A stretch of DNA of 32,000 nt from Candidatus Peribacter riflensis (GCA_001430755.1 CP013062.1:1-32000); one strand, 5' to 3'. Numbered from the stretch's first letter, positions 8,674-16,732 are shown. The notes: a model not told the origin generated them from the sequence alone. Program-made: numbers and translations.

Positions 8674-8678
8674 ATTGC

Positions 8679-9344
8679 ATGGGTCAAAAAGTGAACGCCA
8701 ATGGCTTTCGGATCGGTCTCACGCACTCGTGGCCGAGCAAGTGGTATGCCCGCGGCAAGAAATTCCGCGATGGATTTCTGCAGGATGTGCAGATCCGCCG
8801 CTCGATCATGAAGAAGATGAAAGATGCCGGCATTGCCTTGATCGAGATCGATCGCGGCAAGAAGACCTCCGTCGTCATCCACAGTAGCAAGCCCGGCGTG
8901 ATCATCGGCAAGCAGGGCGCGGCCATCGAGGAACTGCGCAAGCAGCTCGAGAGAGAGTGGGGAGGATCCTTCGAGGTGAACATTCAGGAGATCCGCAATC
9001 CCGATGCCAGTGCCGCTGTCATCGCCGAAACGATTCAGGGCCAGATCGAGCGACGCATGCCCTACCGTCGCGCTGTGAAAATGGCGTTGGAGAAGGCGAT
9101 TACCGCCGGAGCCATCGGAATCAAAGTCACGATTTCGGGCCGCCTGAACGGCGCAGAGATCGCGCGTGCAGAGCTGCATAAGCAGGGGAATATCCCGCTG
9201 CAGACGCTCCGCGCGAATGTTGAGTTCGCCGTGCGGCACGCGGTGACCACGTACGGAACGATCGGTGTGCAGGTGTGGGTGTACCACGGTCTCGTCTTCA
9301 AGAAGGTGCAGCAAATCCATTCCGCATCTCTCCACTCTTCTTAA
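8679..9344 (+). CDS. rpsC: 30S ribosomal protein S3
   Basis: The MGQKVNANGFRIG N-terminus and KH domain pattern match uS3. Confidence 0.96.
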   Translation: MGQKVNANGFRIGLTHSWPSKWYARGKKFRDGFLQDVQIRRSIMKKMKDAGIALIEIDRGKKTSVVIHSSKPGVIIGKQGAAIEELRKQLEREWGGSFEVNIQEIRNPDASAAVIAETIQGQIERRMPYRRAVKMALEKAITAGAIGIKVTISGRLNGAEIARAELHKQGNIPLQTLRANVEFAVRHAVTTYGTIGVQVWVYHGLVFKKVQQIHSASLHSS

Positions 9345-9350
9345 GCCCCC

Positions 9351-9773
9351 ATGCTCGAACCCAAGAAAATCAAACGGCGCAAGCAACACCGCTACCGCGG
9401 AGCATTCGGTGGGAAGGCGACGCGTGGCACATTGCTCTCATTCGGCACCGTGGGGCTCAAGGCCCAGACCGGCGGCGAGCTGACAGCCCGTCAGATCGAG
9501 GCCGCGCGCCGCGCACTCACGCACAGCGTGCAGCGCGGAGGCAAAATCTGGATCCGCGTCTTTCCGCACACACCGGTCTCGCGCAAAGCTGCCGAAGTGC
9601 CGATGGGCTCGGGCAAAGGTTCACTGGAATTCTACGCAACCATTGTGCATCCGGGCACCATGATCTTTGAGATGGGTGGCCTGGAGGAAGCCGTGGCTGT
9701 GGCCGCTCTGCGTCTCGCAGCCTACAAGCTTCCGATTCGGACCAAGATTGTCACTGCTGCTTTCTTCCGCTAA
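9351..9773 (+). CDS. rplP: 50S ribosomal protein L16
   Basis: uL16 pattern (MLEPKKIKRRKQHRYR...). Confidence 0.96.
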   Translation: MLEPKKIKRRKQHRYRGAFGGKATRGTLLSFGTVGLKAQTGGELTARQIEAARRALTHSVQRGGKIWIRVFPHTPVSRKAAEVPMGSGKGSLEFYATIVHPGTMIFEMGGLEEAVAVAALRLAAYKLPIRTKIVTAAFFR

Positions 9774-9776
9774 ATC

Positions 9777-10097
9777 ATGACGAAGACCACGACTGCCGGC
9801 GAGCTCCGCGCGATGCAACTCCCTGATCTCTCGCGAGAGATCAAGGCACAGGTGCTGCTCATCGAGCAGTTGCGCCTCGGCGTGCAACTGAAGAAGGAGA
9901 AAGACACGGCCAAGCTCCGCCGGGAGCGCCGACAGCTTGCGCGCATGAAAACGGAGTGGGCAAGAAAGACCACAGCTCAATTGCAGGGCGTCACAAAGCC
10001 CAGTACAGTTCCCACCTCCGCCAAGGCTTCCGCCTCCGCCCTTCGGGCTACGGCGGACAAGACGGCGGACAGGTCCGCCTCCCAAGCACGCTCATGA
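9777..10097 (+). CDS. rpmC: 50S ribosomal protein L29 (about 40-aa C-terminal tail)
   Basis: uL29 core (ELRAMQLPDLSREI...LR) followed by an Ala/Ser/Thr-rich tail. Stop overlaps the rpsQ start (ATGA). Confidence 0.88.
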   Translation: MTKTTTAGELRAMQLPDLSREIKAQVLLIEQLRLGVQLKKEKDTAKLRRERRQLARMKTEWARKTTAQLQGVTKPSTVPTSAKASASALRATADKTADRSASQARS

Positions 10098-10459
10098 GAA
10101 CGAAAAAAGGTCACATCTCCTCGGCCAAGATGACCGGCACCGTTACGGTGACCGTCCATCGTTCGATCTTCCACCCGCTCTACCAGAAGCGTTTCATGCG
10201 GAGTAAGAAATTCCTGGCGGACATGGGGGAATTCAAAGATCTGGTCGTGGGCGATACCGTGGTCATCACGGAGTGCCGGCCCTTAAGCAAGCGCAAGTGT
10301 TTCCGCGTGACGGAGGTACTCGAGCGCGTGCCGCGTGTGAGCGAACTCAAAGAGGAGGAGGTAATCGAAAAGACCATTCACCGTGAGAAGAAGCATACGG
10401 TTCACGAGAAGAAATCCTCCTCTGTTTCCTCTGCCTCCTCTGCTTCTTCAAAAAAATGA
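10094..10459 (+). CDS. rpsQ: 30S ribosomal protein S17 (C-terminal tail)
   Basis: Internal ATG at 10094 gives [21 protein letters not shown]..., the typical uS17 start. Confidence 0.9.
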   Translation: MRTKKGHISSAKMTGTVTVTVHRSIFHPLYQKRFMRSKKFLADMGEFKDLVVGDTVVITECRPLSKRKCFRVTEVLERVPRVSELKEEEVIEKTIHREKKHTVHEKKSSSVSSASSASSKK

Positions 10460-10824
10460 TCCAGCAGCAATCCATCCTCATGGTGGCGGATAACACGGGG
10501 GCGAAGTCGGCCATGTGCATCAAGGTGCTCGGATCGAGCAAGCGCCGCTATGCGCACATCGGTGACATCATCGTTGTGGCGATCAAGGAGGCGGCCCCGC
10601 GCGGCACGGTCCGCAAGAAGGCTGTCGAACGCGCCGTCATCGTCCGTACGCGGGATTTCATCCGCCGTCCCGATGGTGGGGGAGTGCGCTTCGACGACAA
10701 TGCCTGCGTGATCATTGCCAGTGACGGCCAGCCCAAGGGCACCCGCGTCTTCGGTCCGGTGGCCCGGGAACTGCGCGGTCGCGGCTACAAGAAGATCGTT
10801 TCACTTGCTCCTGACGTTCTATGA
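10456..10824 (+). CDS. rplN: 50S ribosomal protein L14
   Basis: [17 protein letters not shown] is the canonical uL14 N-terminus. Confidence 0.97.
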   Translation: MIQQQSILMVADNTGAKSAMCIKVLGSSKRRYAHIGDIIVVAIKEAAPRGTVRKKAVERAVIVRTRDFIRRPDGGGVRFDDNACVIIASDGQPKGTRVFGPVARELRGRGYKKIVSLAPDVL

Positions 10825-11363
10825 GAATCCATACGGGCGATTCCGTCCTCGTCATCTCCGGCAAAGACAAAGGCAAGACCGGTACGGTCCTGCGCGTTCT
10901 CGACGACCGTCTGGTCGTGAGTGACGTGAACATGCGTACGCGCCATGTCCGCAAGACCGCACAGGGTCCCGGCCAGAGGCTCCGCTACGAGGCGAGCATT
11001 GCCGCGAGCAATGTCATGATCCTCGATCCCAAAACGAAGAAGCCCACGCGTATCGGTGTCCGCACGGACGAGAAAGGCCGCAAGGTGCGCATCGCCAAGG
11101 TCAGCGGTGAGGCGATCGTGGCCGGCAAGGTCACGCCGAAGAAGGGTCCCAAGGCCGCGCCCCTGAAAACGAAAGAGCAGGCGGAGAAGGCTCCGGAGGG
11201 TGAAAAAGTGGCCGGTCCGCAGCGCAAGCCTTTCTGGAAGCGTCTGAGTTTCGGAGCGGAGGCGGTGCAGGAAGGGGAGGAGCCGAAGGGTCAGGTGACC
11301 GACCACAGCGTTCCCGAGCCCACGCGCATTCCCGAATCATTCAGTCACTCACGTGGTTCCTAA
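10821..11363 (+). CDS. rplX: 50S ribosomal protein L24 (about 75-aa C-terminal tail)
   Basis: KOW motif ([16 protein letters not shown]) followed by a long low-complexity tail. Confidence 0.92.
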   Translation: MRIHTGDSVLVISGKDKGKTGTVLRVLDDRLVVSDVNMRTRHVRKTAQGPGQRLRYEASIAASNVMILDPKTKKPTRIGVRTDEKGRKVRIAKVSGEAIVAGKVTPKKGPKAAPLKTKEQAEKAPEGEKVAGPQRKPFWKRLSFGAEAVQEGEEPKGQVTDHSVPEPTRIPESFSHSRGS

Positions 11364-11369
11364 CGACCC

Positions 11370-11951
11370 ATGAAGAAGTATGAATCTCTCCATGATCGGC
11401 TGCGAGGTCCCATCGCCGAAGCCCTGAAGAAGGAGCTGAAGGTCACGAACATCCATGCTTTGCCGCGCATCGAGAAAGTCACAGTGAACGTGGGGATCAA
11501 TCGTTCCAAGATGGATAGCAAAGAGTCCCATGAGTACGTGGCGCAGTGCCTGTCTAAGATCACAGGCCAGAAGGCGGTGCTCACCCATTCGCGCAAAGCG
11601 ATCTCGAACTTCAAGATCCGCGAGGGGCTCGTGGTTGGCGCCGTCGTCACGCTCCACGGGCGGCGGATGGAGGAATTCCTCGACCGGTTCCTGAGCTATA
11701 TTCTGCCGCGCATCCGCGATTTCCGCGGTGTGACGCCGAAGCTGGATGGCCATGGCAACTATGCCATCGGGCTCAAAGATCACTCCATCTTCCCCGAAGT
11801 GCCGGCGCCCGAGGCTAACAAGATCTTCGGTGTGCAGGTGCAGATCACCACGAATGCCAAGGCCGATGAACCTGCGTTCGCGCTCCTGAAGCATATGGGA
11901 GTGCCGTTCCGCCTGGCTCGTGCGGCGAAAACTTCCTCTTCCAAGTCCTAA
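11370..11951 (+). CDS. rplE: 50S ribosomal protein L5
   Basis: uL5 pattern in conserved operon position. Confidence 0.95.
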   Translation: MKKYESLHDRLRGPIAEALKKELKVTNIHALPRIEKVTVNVGINRSKMDSKESHEYVAQCLSKITGQKAVLTHSRKAISNFKIREGLVVGAVVTLHGRRMEEFLDRFLSYILPRIRDFRGVTPKLDGHGNYAIGLKDHSIFPEVPAPEANKIFGVQVQITTNAKADEPAFALLKHMGVPFRLARAAKTSSSKS

Positions 11952-11956
11952 ACCCC

Positions 11957-12181
11957 ATGGCACGCATTGCTCTCGTCAACAAACAGCGCAAGGCTCTCGA
12001 GGAGTTCCTCAAGGCCAAGGCGTCCGGCAAGAAACCCAAGTTCCCCACGCGCGTCTACAACCGCTGCACGCTCTGCGGGCGGCGCCACGGGTATTTGCGC
12101 TTCTTCAAAATCTGCCGTATCTGCTTCCGGGAACTCGCCTGTAATGGTGAAATCCCCGGTATCACCAAATCCTCCTGGTAA
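11957..12181 (+). CDS. rpsN: 30S ribosomal protein S14, zinc-binding (type Z-like)
   Basis: CTLCGRRHG...CRICFRE CxxC pairs and the C-terminal KSSW. Confidence 0.92.
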   Translation: MARIALVNKQRKALEEFLKAKASGKKPKFPTRVYNRCTLCGRRHGYLRFFKICRICFRELACNGEIPGITKSSW

Positions 12182-12184
12182 AAC

Positions 12185-12574
12185 ATGGCTACCCTCTCTG
12201 ACCCCATCGGCGATCTTCTCACACGCATCCGGAACGCCCAGGCGGCAGGACGCAAGCAGTGCAGCGCTCCCTGGTCCAAGCTGAAACAGTCGCTCTGCGG
12301 ACTTCTCGTCCGTGAGCAGTGCCTGCAGAGTGCCGAGGTGGCAGGTCAGGCTCCGAAGCAGGAGCTGATCATCACATTCCGCACCGATCGCAGTCCGCTG
12401 TCGCTCAAGCGCGTGAGTACGCCCGGCCGGCGCGTGTACCGTGCCGTTGAAGAGCTGAGGCCCGTCGAGAACGGGTTCGGCATGGCCATCCTCACCACCA
12501 GTGAGGGGCTGCTCACCGACCGCGAAGCGCGCGCAAAGAAGATTGGCGGCGAACTCCTCTGCGAAATCTCCTAA
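12185..12574 (+). CDS. rpsH: 30S ribosomal protein S8
   Basis: DPIGDLLTRIRNA N-terminus. Confidence 0.95.
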   Translation: MATLSDPIGDLLTRIRNAQAAGRKQCSAPWSKLKQSLCGLLVREQCLQSAEVAGQAPKQELIITFRTDRSPLSLKRVSTPGRRVYRAVEELRPVENGFGMAILTTSEGLLTDREARAKKIGGELLCEIS

Positions 12575-12595
12575 CCCTTACCCTTTTACCTTCCC

Positions 12596-13159
12596 ATGTC
12601 CCGTATTGGACGCAAACCAGTGGCGATTCGAAGCGGCGTGACGGTCTCCGTCACGGGATCCACGGTGTCCGTGAAGGGTGTCAAAGGAGAAATGAAGTAC
12701 ACGTTCCTCCCCGAGGTGACGGTGAAGGTGGAGGGCAGCCAGGTGATTGTGGAGCGCAAAGAAGACAGCGACACGGCCAGCGCGCGCCAGGGGCTCACAC
12801 GCCAACTCGTTGAAAACATGGTGTGTGGAGTGAGTGAAGGATACAAGAAGATCCTCGAAGTCATCGGCGTGGGCTACAAGGCGCAGGTGCAGGGCAAGAA
12901 ACTGATCCTCAACCTGGGCTTCTCGCATCCGGTGGAATTCGCGATCCCGGAGGGGATCCAAATCACGCAGGACGAGAAGAACAAGAACCTCCTGACGGTC
13001 CAGGGTATCGACCGGCAGCTCGTCGGCCAGGTGGCTGCCGATATTCGCAGTTACCGCGTACCGGAGCCCTACAAGGGCAAAGGAATCCGCTACAGTACCG
13101 AGACAGTCCGCCGCAAGCCGGGCAAGGCCGCAGTCGGCAAGGGCGCTCCTGCCGCATAG
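12596..13159 (+). CDS. rplF: 50S ribosomal protein L6
   Basis: MSRIGRKPV N-terminus and two-domain length. Confidence 0.95.
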   Translation: MSRIGRKPVAIRSGVTVSVTGSTVSVKGVKGEMKYTFLPEVTVKVEGSQVIVERKEDSDTASARQGLTRQLVENMVCGVSEGYKKILEVIGVGYKAQVQGKKLILNLGFSHPVEFAIPEGIQITQDEKNKNLLTVQGIDRQLVGQVAADIRSYRVPEPYKGKGIRYSTETVRRKPGKAAVGKGAPAA

Positions 13160-13168
13160 CACTCTCCC

Positions 13169-13513
13169 ATGAAGCTCACCAAGATCCATCACCGGCTCAG
13201 CAGAAAGAGGCGCATCCGCGCACGGGTCCGCGGCACGGCTGTCCGTCCACGACTCACCGTGTACCGGTCGCTCCAGCAGGTCACCGTGCAGGTGATCGAT
13301 GACGATGCCGGCAAGACGATCGTCGCCGCTTCCACGCGCGAGGCGAAGGCCAAGCCGACGATAGAGGGCGCAAAGAAGCTCGGCACGCTCATCGCGAAGA
13401 AGGCCAAAGACGCTAAGATCACCTCCATCGTCTTCGACCGCAATGCCTATGCCTATCATGGCATTGTGAAATCTCTGGCAGATGCCGCCCGCGAAGGCGG
13501 ACTTCAATTCTGA
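13169..13513 (+). CDS. rplR: 50S ribosomal protein L18
   Basis: uL18 pattern (RPRLTVYRS...FDRN.Y.YHG). Confidence 0.94.
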   Translation: MKLTKIHHRLSRKRRIRARVRGTAVRPRLTVYRSLQQVTVQVIDDDAGKTIVAASTREAKAKPTIEGAKKLGTLIAKKAKDAKITSIVFDRNAYAYHGIVKSLADAAREGGLQF

Positions 13514-13546
13514 TTTCTACCCCCTATTCCTCCTCCTCACCCAAGA

Positions 13547-14164
13547 ATGGCCAAATCCTCCCGCCCCGACCGCAAGAAAGGCGACCGCCGCCCCCGCACT
13601 CCCAGTGAGTTCGATGAGGTGACGTTGTCAGTGGATCGTGTGACGCGCGTGGTGGCCGGAGGCCGCCGCATGCGTTTCCGTGCCATCGTGGTGGTGGGCA
13701 ACAAGAAGGGCAAGGTGGGCCTGGGCACCGGCAAGGCTGCCGAGGTGCAGGCGGCGGTGAAGAAGGCCGTCGTGGCCGCCAAGCGCCACATGATCCGGAT
13801 TCCCCTGTATGAAGGATCCATTCCCCATGCAGTGAACGTGAAGTTCAAGGCGGCGAAGATCCGTCTCCTGCCGGCCTCCAAGGGAACGGGCATCATCGCC
13901 GGCGGCGCCGTGCGTGTCATCATGGAACAGGTGGGCGTGCAGGATGTGCTCAGCAAGCGCTTCGGGAGCTCCAATAAGCTCGTGAACGCTCAGGCGGTGA
14001 TGAAAGCGCTCGGAAAACTCAAGTGGAAGGGCGGCATGCCTTCCGAAGACGCACCCGAAAAGAAACCGCTCAAGGAAACCGAAGGTGCCCGGCAGGATGC
14101 CGAGGCGCTGGAGGGGGAGCGGCTGGGGATCACGGAAGTGAGCAAGAAGGACGTCATTCAGTAG
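13547..14164 (+). CDS. rpsE: 30S ribosomal protein S5 (C-terminal tail)
   Basis: uS5 core (VVAGGRRMRFRAIVVVGN). The stop TAG (14162-14164) is the first triplet of the downstream hairpin element. Confidence 0.94.
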   Translation: MAKSSRPDRKKGDRRPRTPSEFDEVTLSVDRVTRVVAGGRRMRFRAIVVVGNKKGKVGLGTGKAAEVQAAVKKAVVAAKRHMIRIPLYEGSIPHAVNVKFKAAKIRLLPASKGTGIIAGGAVRVIMEQVGVQDVLSKRFGSSNKLVNAQAVMKALGKLKWKGGMPSEDAPEKKPLKETEGARQDAEALEGERLGITEVSKKDVIQ

Positions 14165-14281
14165 GGAATGGGGAATCGGGATTTGGACTGAGGATTATTT
14201 CAGAGCTGATTTGAGGGAGTTTCTGTCTACATTCTGCTCTGTGGGTCTTTTCCGAAGTCCGATTCCCTATTCCCGAATCCC
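14162..14281 (+). repeat. GGGAAT/ATTCCC stem-loop element, copy 1
   Basis: 14164-14180 (GGGAATGGGGAATCGGG) pairs with 14258-14274 (TCCGATTCCCTATTCCC): 15 WC plus 2 GU with no mismatch. It is homologous to 24475-24605 and 26316-26411. Confidence 0.85.
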
Positions 14282-14294
14282 GTATACTGGTGAT

Positions 14295-14819
14295 ATGCCT
14301 AAAAAAGCTCTCCTCATCATCGCGCAGAAGGACTATCAGGACCGTGAGTACGAGCGCACGCGCGCCGAACTTGAACGTGGGGGTCTGGAGGTCACCGTTG
14401 CGAGTGGCGAAGGGGGTACGTGTACCGGAAAATTCGGGGGATCCGTCTTGAACACGATTGCGCTTGCACAGGTGAAGATCGCGGATTTCGATTGCATCAT
14501 CTTCATCGGCGGGCCCGGTGCAGAGGCCTACGTGCGTCATCCGGAGGCGCTCCGGCTCGCGCACGAGGCTGTGGCTGCTTCTCTGCCGCTCGGAGCCCTC
14601 TGCATCGCTCCGTTGATCCTGGCGAAGGCCAGAGTGCTCGAAGGCAGGCAGGCGACGGTGTGGGATGACGGCCGGGGCACCCAGGCGGCAATTCTGAAAC
14701 AGGCCGGGGCCGTATACACCGGTGATTCCGTTACGAGAGATGGAATGATCGTCACGGGCAACGGGCCGGAAGCGTCGGAGGAGTTCGGACGGACGCTCGT
14801 AGAGCTGACGAGGACGTGA
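14295..14819 (+). CDS. DJ-1/PfpI family protein
   Basis: Class I glutamine amidotransferase-like fold pattern with a nucleophile elbow (GALCIAP). ATG at 14295 gives MPKKALLIIAQ. Confidence 0.8.
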   Translation: MPKKALLIIAQKDYQDREYERTRAELERGGLEVTVASGEGGTCTGKFGGSVLNTIALAQVKIADFDCIIFIGGPGAEAYVRHPEALRLAHEAVAASLPLGALCIAPLILAKARVLEGRQATVWDDGRGTQAAILKQAGAVYTGDSVTRDGMIVTGNGPEASEEFGRTLVELTRT

Positions 14820-14833
14820 GGGCGAGTAGTTTC

Positions 14834-14985
14834 CTGCCTCACCCCCTAGCCCCCTCTCCATCCCTGCCACGATTCCTTCATGGAGAGGGGGAACACGTAC
14901 TCTTTTTGAAAAGTGCTCATAAACAGAAAGGGTGCGCCCCTCTCCCGTTGGCGTTGGGTGGGTGGGGAGAGTGGGGGTGAGGCAG
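14834..14985. repeat. nested inverted repeat between convergent genes (possible bidirectional terminator) containing a G4 motif
   Basis: The outer pair of 13 perfect bp is 14834-14846 with 14973-14985. The inner pair of 9 perfect bp is 14882-14890 with 14937-14945. GGGTGGGTGGGGAGAGTGGGGG lies at 14956-14977. Confidence 0.75.
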
Positions 14986-14994
14986 ATCCCCGGC

Positions 14995-16122
14995 TCACTC
15001 CAAACTCAGTGATCCAAAGGTCTGCACCCAGACGTCGCCGAAGACACCGATGCCTGTTTCGCGGAAGAGCGGCTGCAGAATCGTCTGGCGGTGCGATGTG
15101 GAGGCCATCCACTGCTTCACGGCAATGGATGCGGTCTGCTGGCCGCGCGCAATATTCTCGCCGAGCGCGAAGCGCGGAGAGCAGTTGCACACAGGAGTGC
15201 GCTTGGTGATGAAATAGTGCTGGGCAGTTTCAGAGCGCTGAGAGAGCAGGCTGCTCAAATCAAAGATCGCCTGACAGGGGCATAACTCCGGCGGGAGGGT
15301 GAGGTACCCCGTATTCCGGATACGGTCGACGTAACTGGCGCCCTCAGGTGTGAAGTGGCCGAAGTATCCCCGCTGGTACATGTCCTTGGCATGCTCCTGG
15401 GCCGCCTGTTCGAGGCGTGGGCTGCGGATGAGAGGCAACAGTTCTGCGGTGGCGCGTTCATGATTGATGAAGGAGATGATCTGGAGCTTTCTCTGCTCCT
15501 TGGTGCTGGGAATCGGCAGGAGGGCGCGGGTGAGGAGCTGGGTGCCGGGCGGTGGGGAAGCGACGGAAGAAGTGCGGATGATCCGGGGGAAAAGGCCGAC
15601 GGGGGTTGTGGTGCGCGGACGCAGGGAAGGGGCGCACAGGAAGAGTGCATACACGGCCTGTGCGGCCTCTCCCAGTGTCATGGATTGTTCCGGATGCAGG
15701 AGTGTTTTCTTTTCCAGGGCAAAGAGGCGGCACTGCTCGACATAACCCGCGAAGGGGGCGTACGGAGCACCTGATGGAATGTCGGTGAAATGGTGTTCCG
15801 GTCCTGCCGGGAGCCTGAAGAACATGACGAGCATCCAGAGGTATTCCCCGCGTGACACGGGCGAATCGGGGCCGATCATTTTGGTCGTAGCATCCACGCG
15901 CAACATTCCGCGCTCCACGGCAGCCGACAGTGCCTTCTCCTGCCAGGAGCCCGTCGGAACATCCACGAAGACCGGACGGGGTCCTGTGGGGTCGGGGATG
16001 GTTTGGCCGCTGGATTGAAAGAGAAAGCGCACAGCCTCCGCCCGTGTGACGAGGGGGGCCTGTGCCTGCGCCGTAGTTGCGAGGGTGCAGAGCGAGAGAA
16101 TGAAGGCGAGAGATCGACGCAT
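14995..16122 (-). CDS. secreted protein with SLH-like repeats and a CAP/SCP (YkwD-like) domain
   Basis: Signal peptide from ATG 16122 (MRRSLAFILSLCTLATTAQAQA). SLH-like motifs (FVDVPTGSWQEKA, FTDIPSG). C-terminal CAP pattern (HAKDM...GYFGH...GENIA...W..S..H..). Confidence 0.7.
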   Translation of the reverse strand: MRRSLAFILSLCTLATTAQAQAPLVTRAEAVRFLFQSSGQTIPDPTGPRPVFVDVPTGSWQEKALSAAVERGMLRVDATTKMIGPDSPVSRGEYLWMLVMFFRLPAGPEHHFTDIPSGAPYAPFAGYVEQCRLFALEKKTLLHPEQSMTLGEAAQAVYALFLCAPSLRPRTTTPVGLFPRIIRTSSVASPPPGTQLLTRALLPIPSTKEQRKLQIISFINHERATAELLPLIRSPRLEQAAQEHAKDMYQRGYFGHFTPEGASYVDRIRNTGYLTLPPELCPCQAIFDLSSLLSQRSETAQHYFITKRTPVCNCSPRFALGENIARGQQTASIAVKQWMASTSHRQTILQPLFRETGIGVFGDVWVQTFGSLSLE

Positions 16123-16263
16123 CGGGCGCTTTGTACCACAGAGAGGGCCATACTCCGCTTGCACTCGCACGGGAAAATGCGCAGAAAACGCGTGTTCCTC
16201 CCTTTACCTTCGGCGGCCGACCCACTACGATGCCCCCCCGTATCCCTACGCAAGGGAAGCGAT

Positions 16264-16704
16264 ATGTTACACATGCTCCGTCCAGCACACGGCTCGACCC
16301 ACAAGCGCAAGCGCGTTGCACGCGGCAGCAGTGCCGGCGGCGGAACGACGGCGGGTCGCGGCACCAAAGGCCAGCAGGCACGTGCCGGTAAGGGCCGCAA
16401 ATTCGGCTTCGAGGGAGGTCAGGTTCCGCTCATCATCCGCCAGCCCAAGCTCCCAGGCTTCAAGCGGCCGATGCACCGCACATTCGAAGTGATCAATATC
16501 GAGGCGCTGGAGGCCAAGCTCCCGGCGGGTGCGTACGATGCCGCTTCGCTTCGCCAGCACGGCCTGCGCACAACGCGCCAGCCGGTGAAAATTCTGGGCC
16601 AGGGGTCCGTCACCAAGAAATTCGATCTCACAGTTCACGCTGTTTCCAAATCCGCTCGGTTGGCACTCACGAAGGCCGGAGGTTCGGTCATGATCGTGCA
16701 GTGA
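16264..16704 (+). CDS. rplO: 50S ribosomal protein L15
   Basis: ATG at 16264 gives MLHMLRPAHGSTHKRKRVARG...GRGTKGQ, typical uL15. This is the only gene here with a purine-rich AAGGGAAG just upstream. Confidence 0.92.
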   Translation: MLHMLRPAHGSTHKRKRVARGSSAGGGTTAGRGTKGQQARAGKGRKFGFEGGQVPLIIRQPKLPGFKRPMHRTFEVINIEALEAKLPAGAYDAASLRQHGLRTTRQPVKILGQGSVTKKFDLTVHAVSKSARLALTKAGGSVMIVQ

Positions 16705-16732
16705 GTGACTGGGCCCATGCGGAATTCATCCC

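Noticed and set aside
14211-14294. N-terminal extension of the DJ-1 protein from the tracked start at 14211 (TTG).
   Set aside because: The extra 28 residues are translated from the hairpin interior and C-rich arm (..SPIPYSRIPYTGD). ATG 14295 gives a normal DJ-1 N-terminus (MPKKALLIIA).
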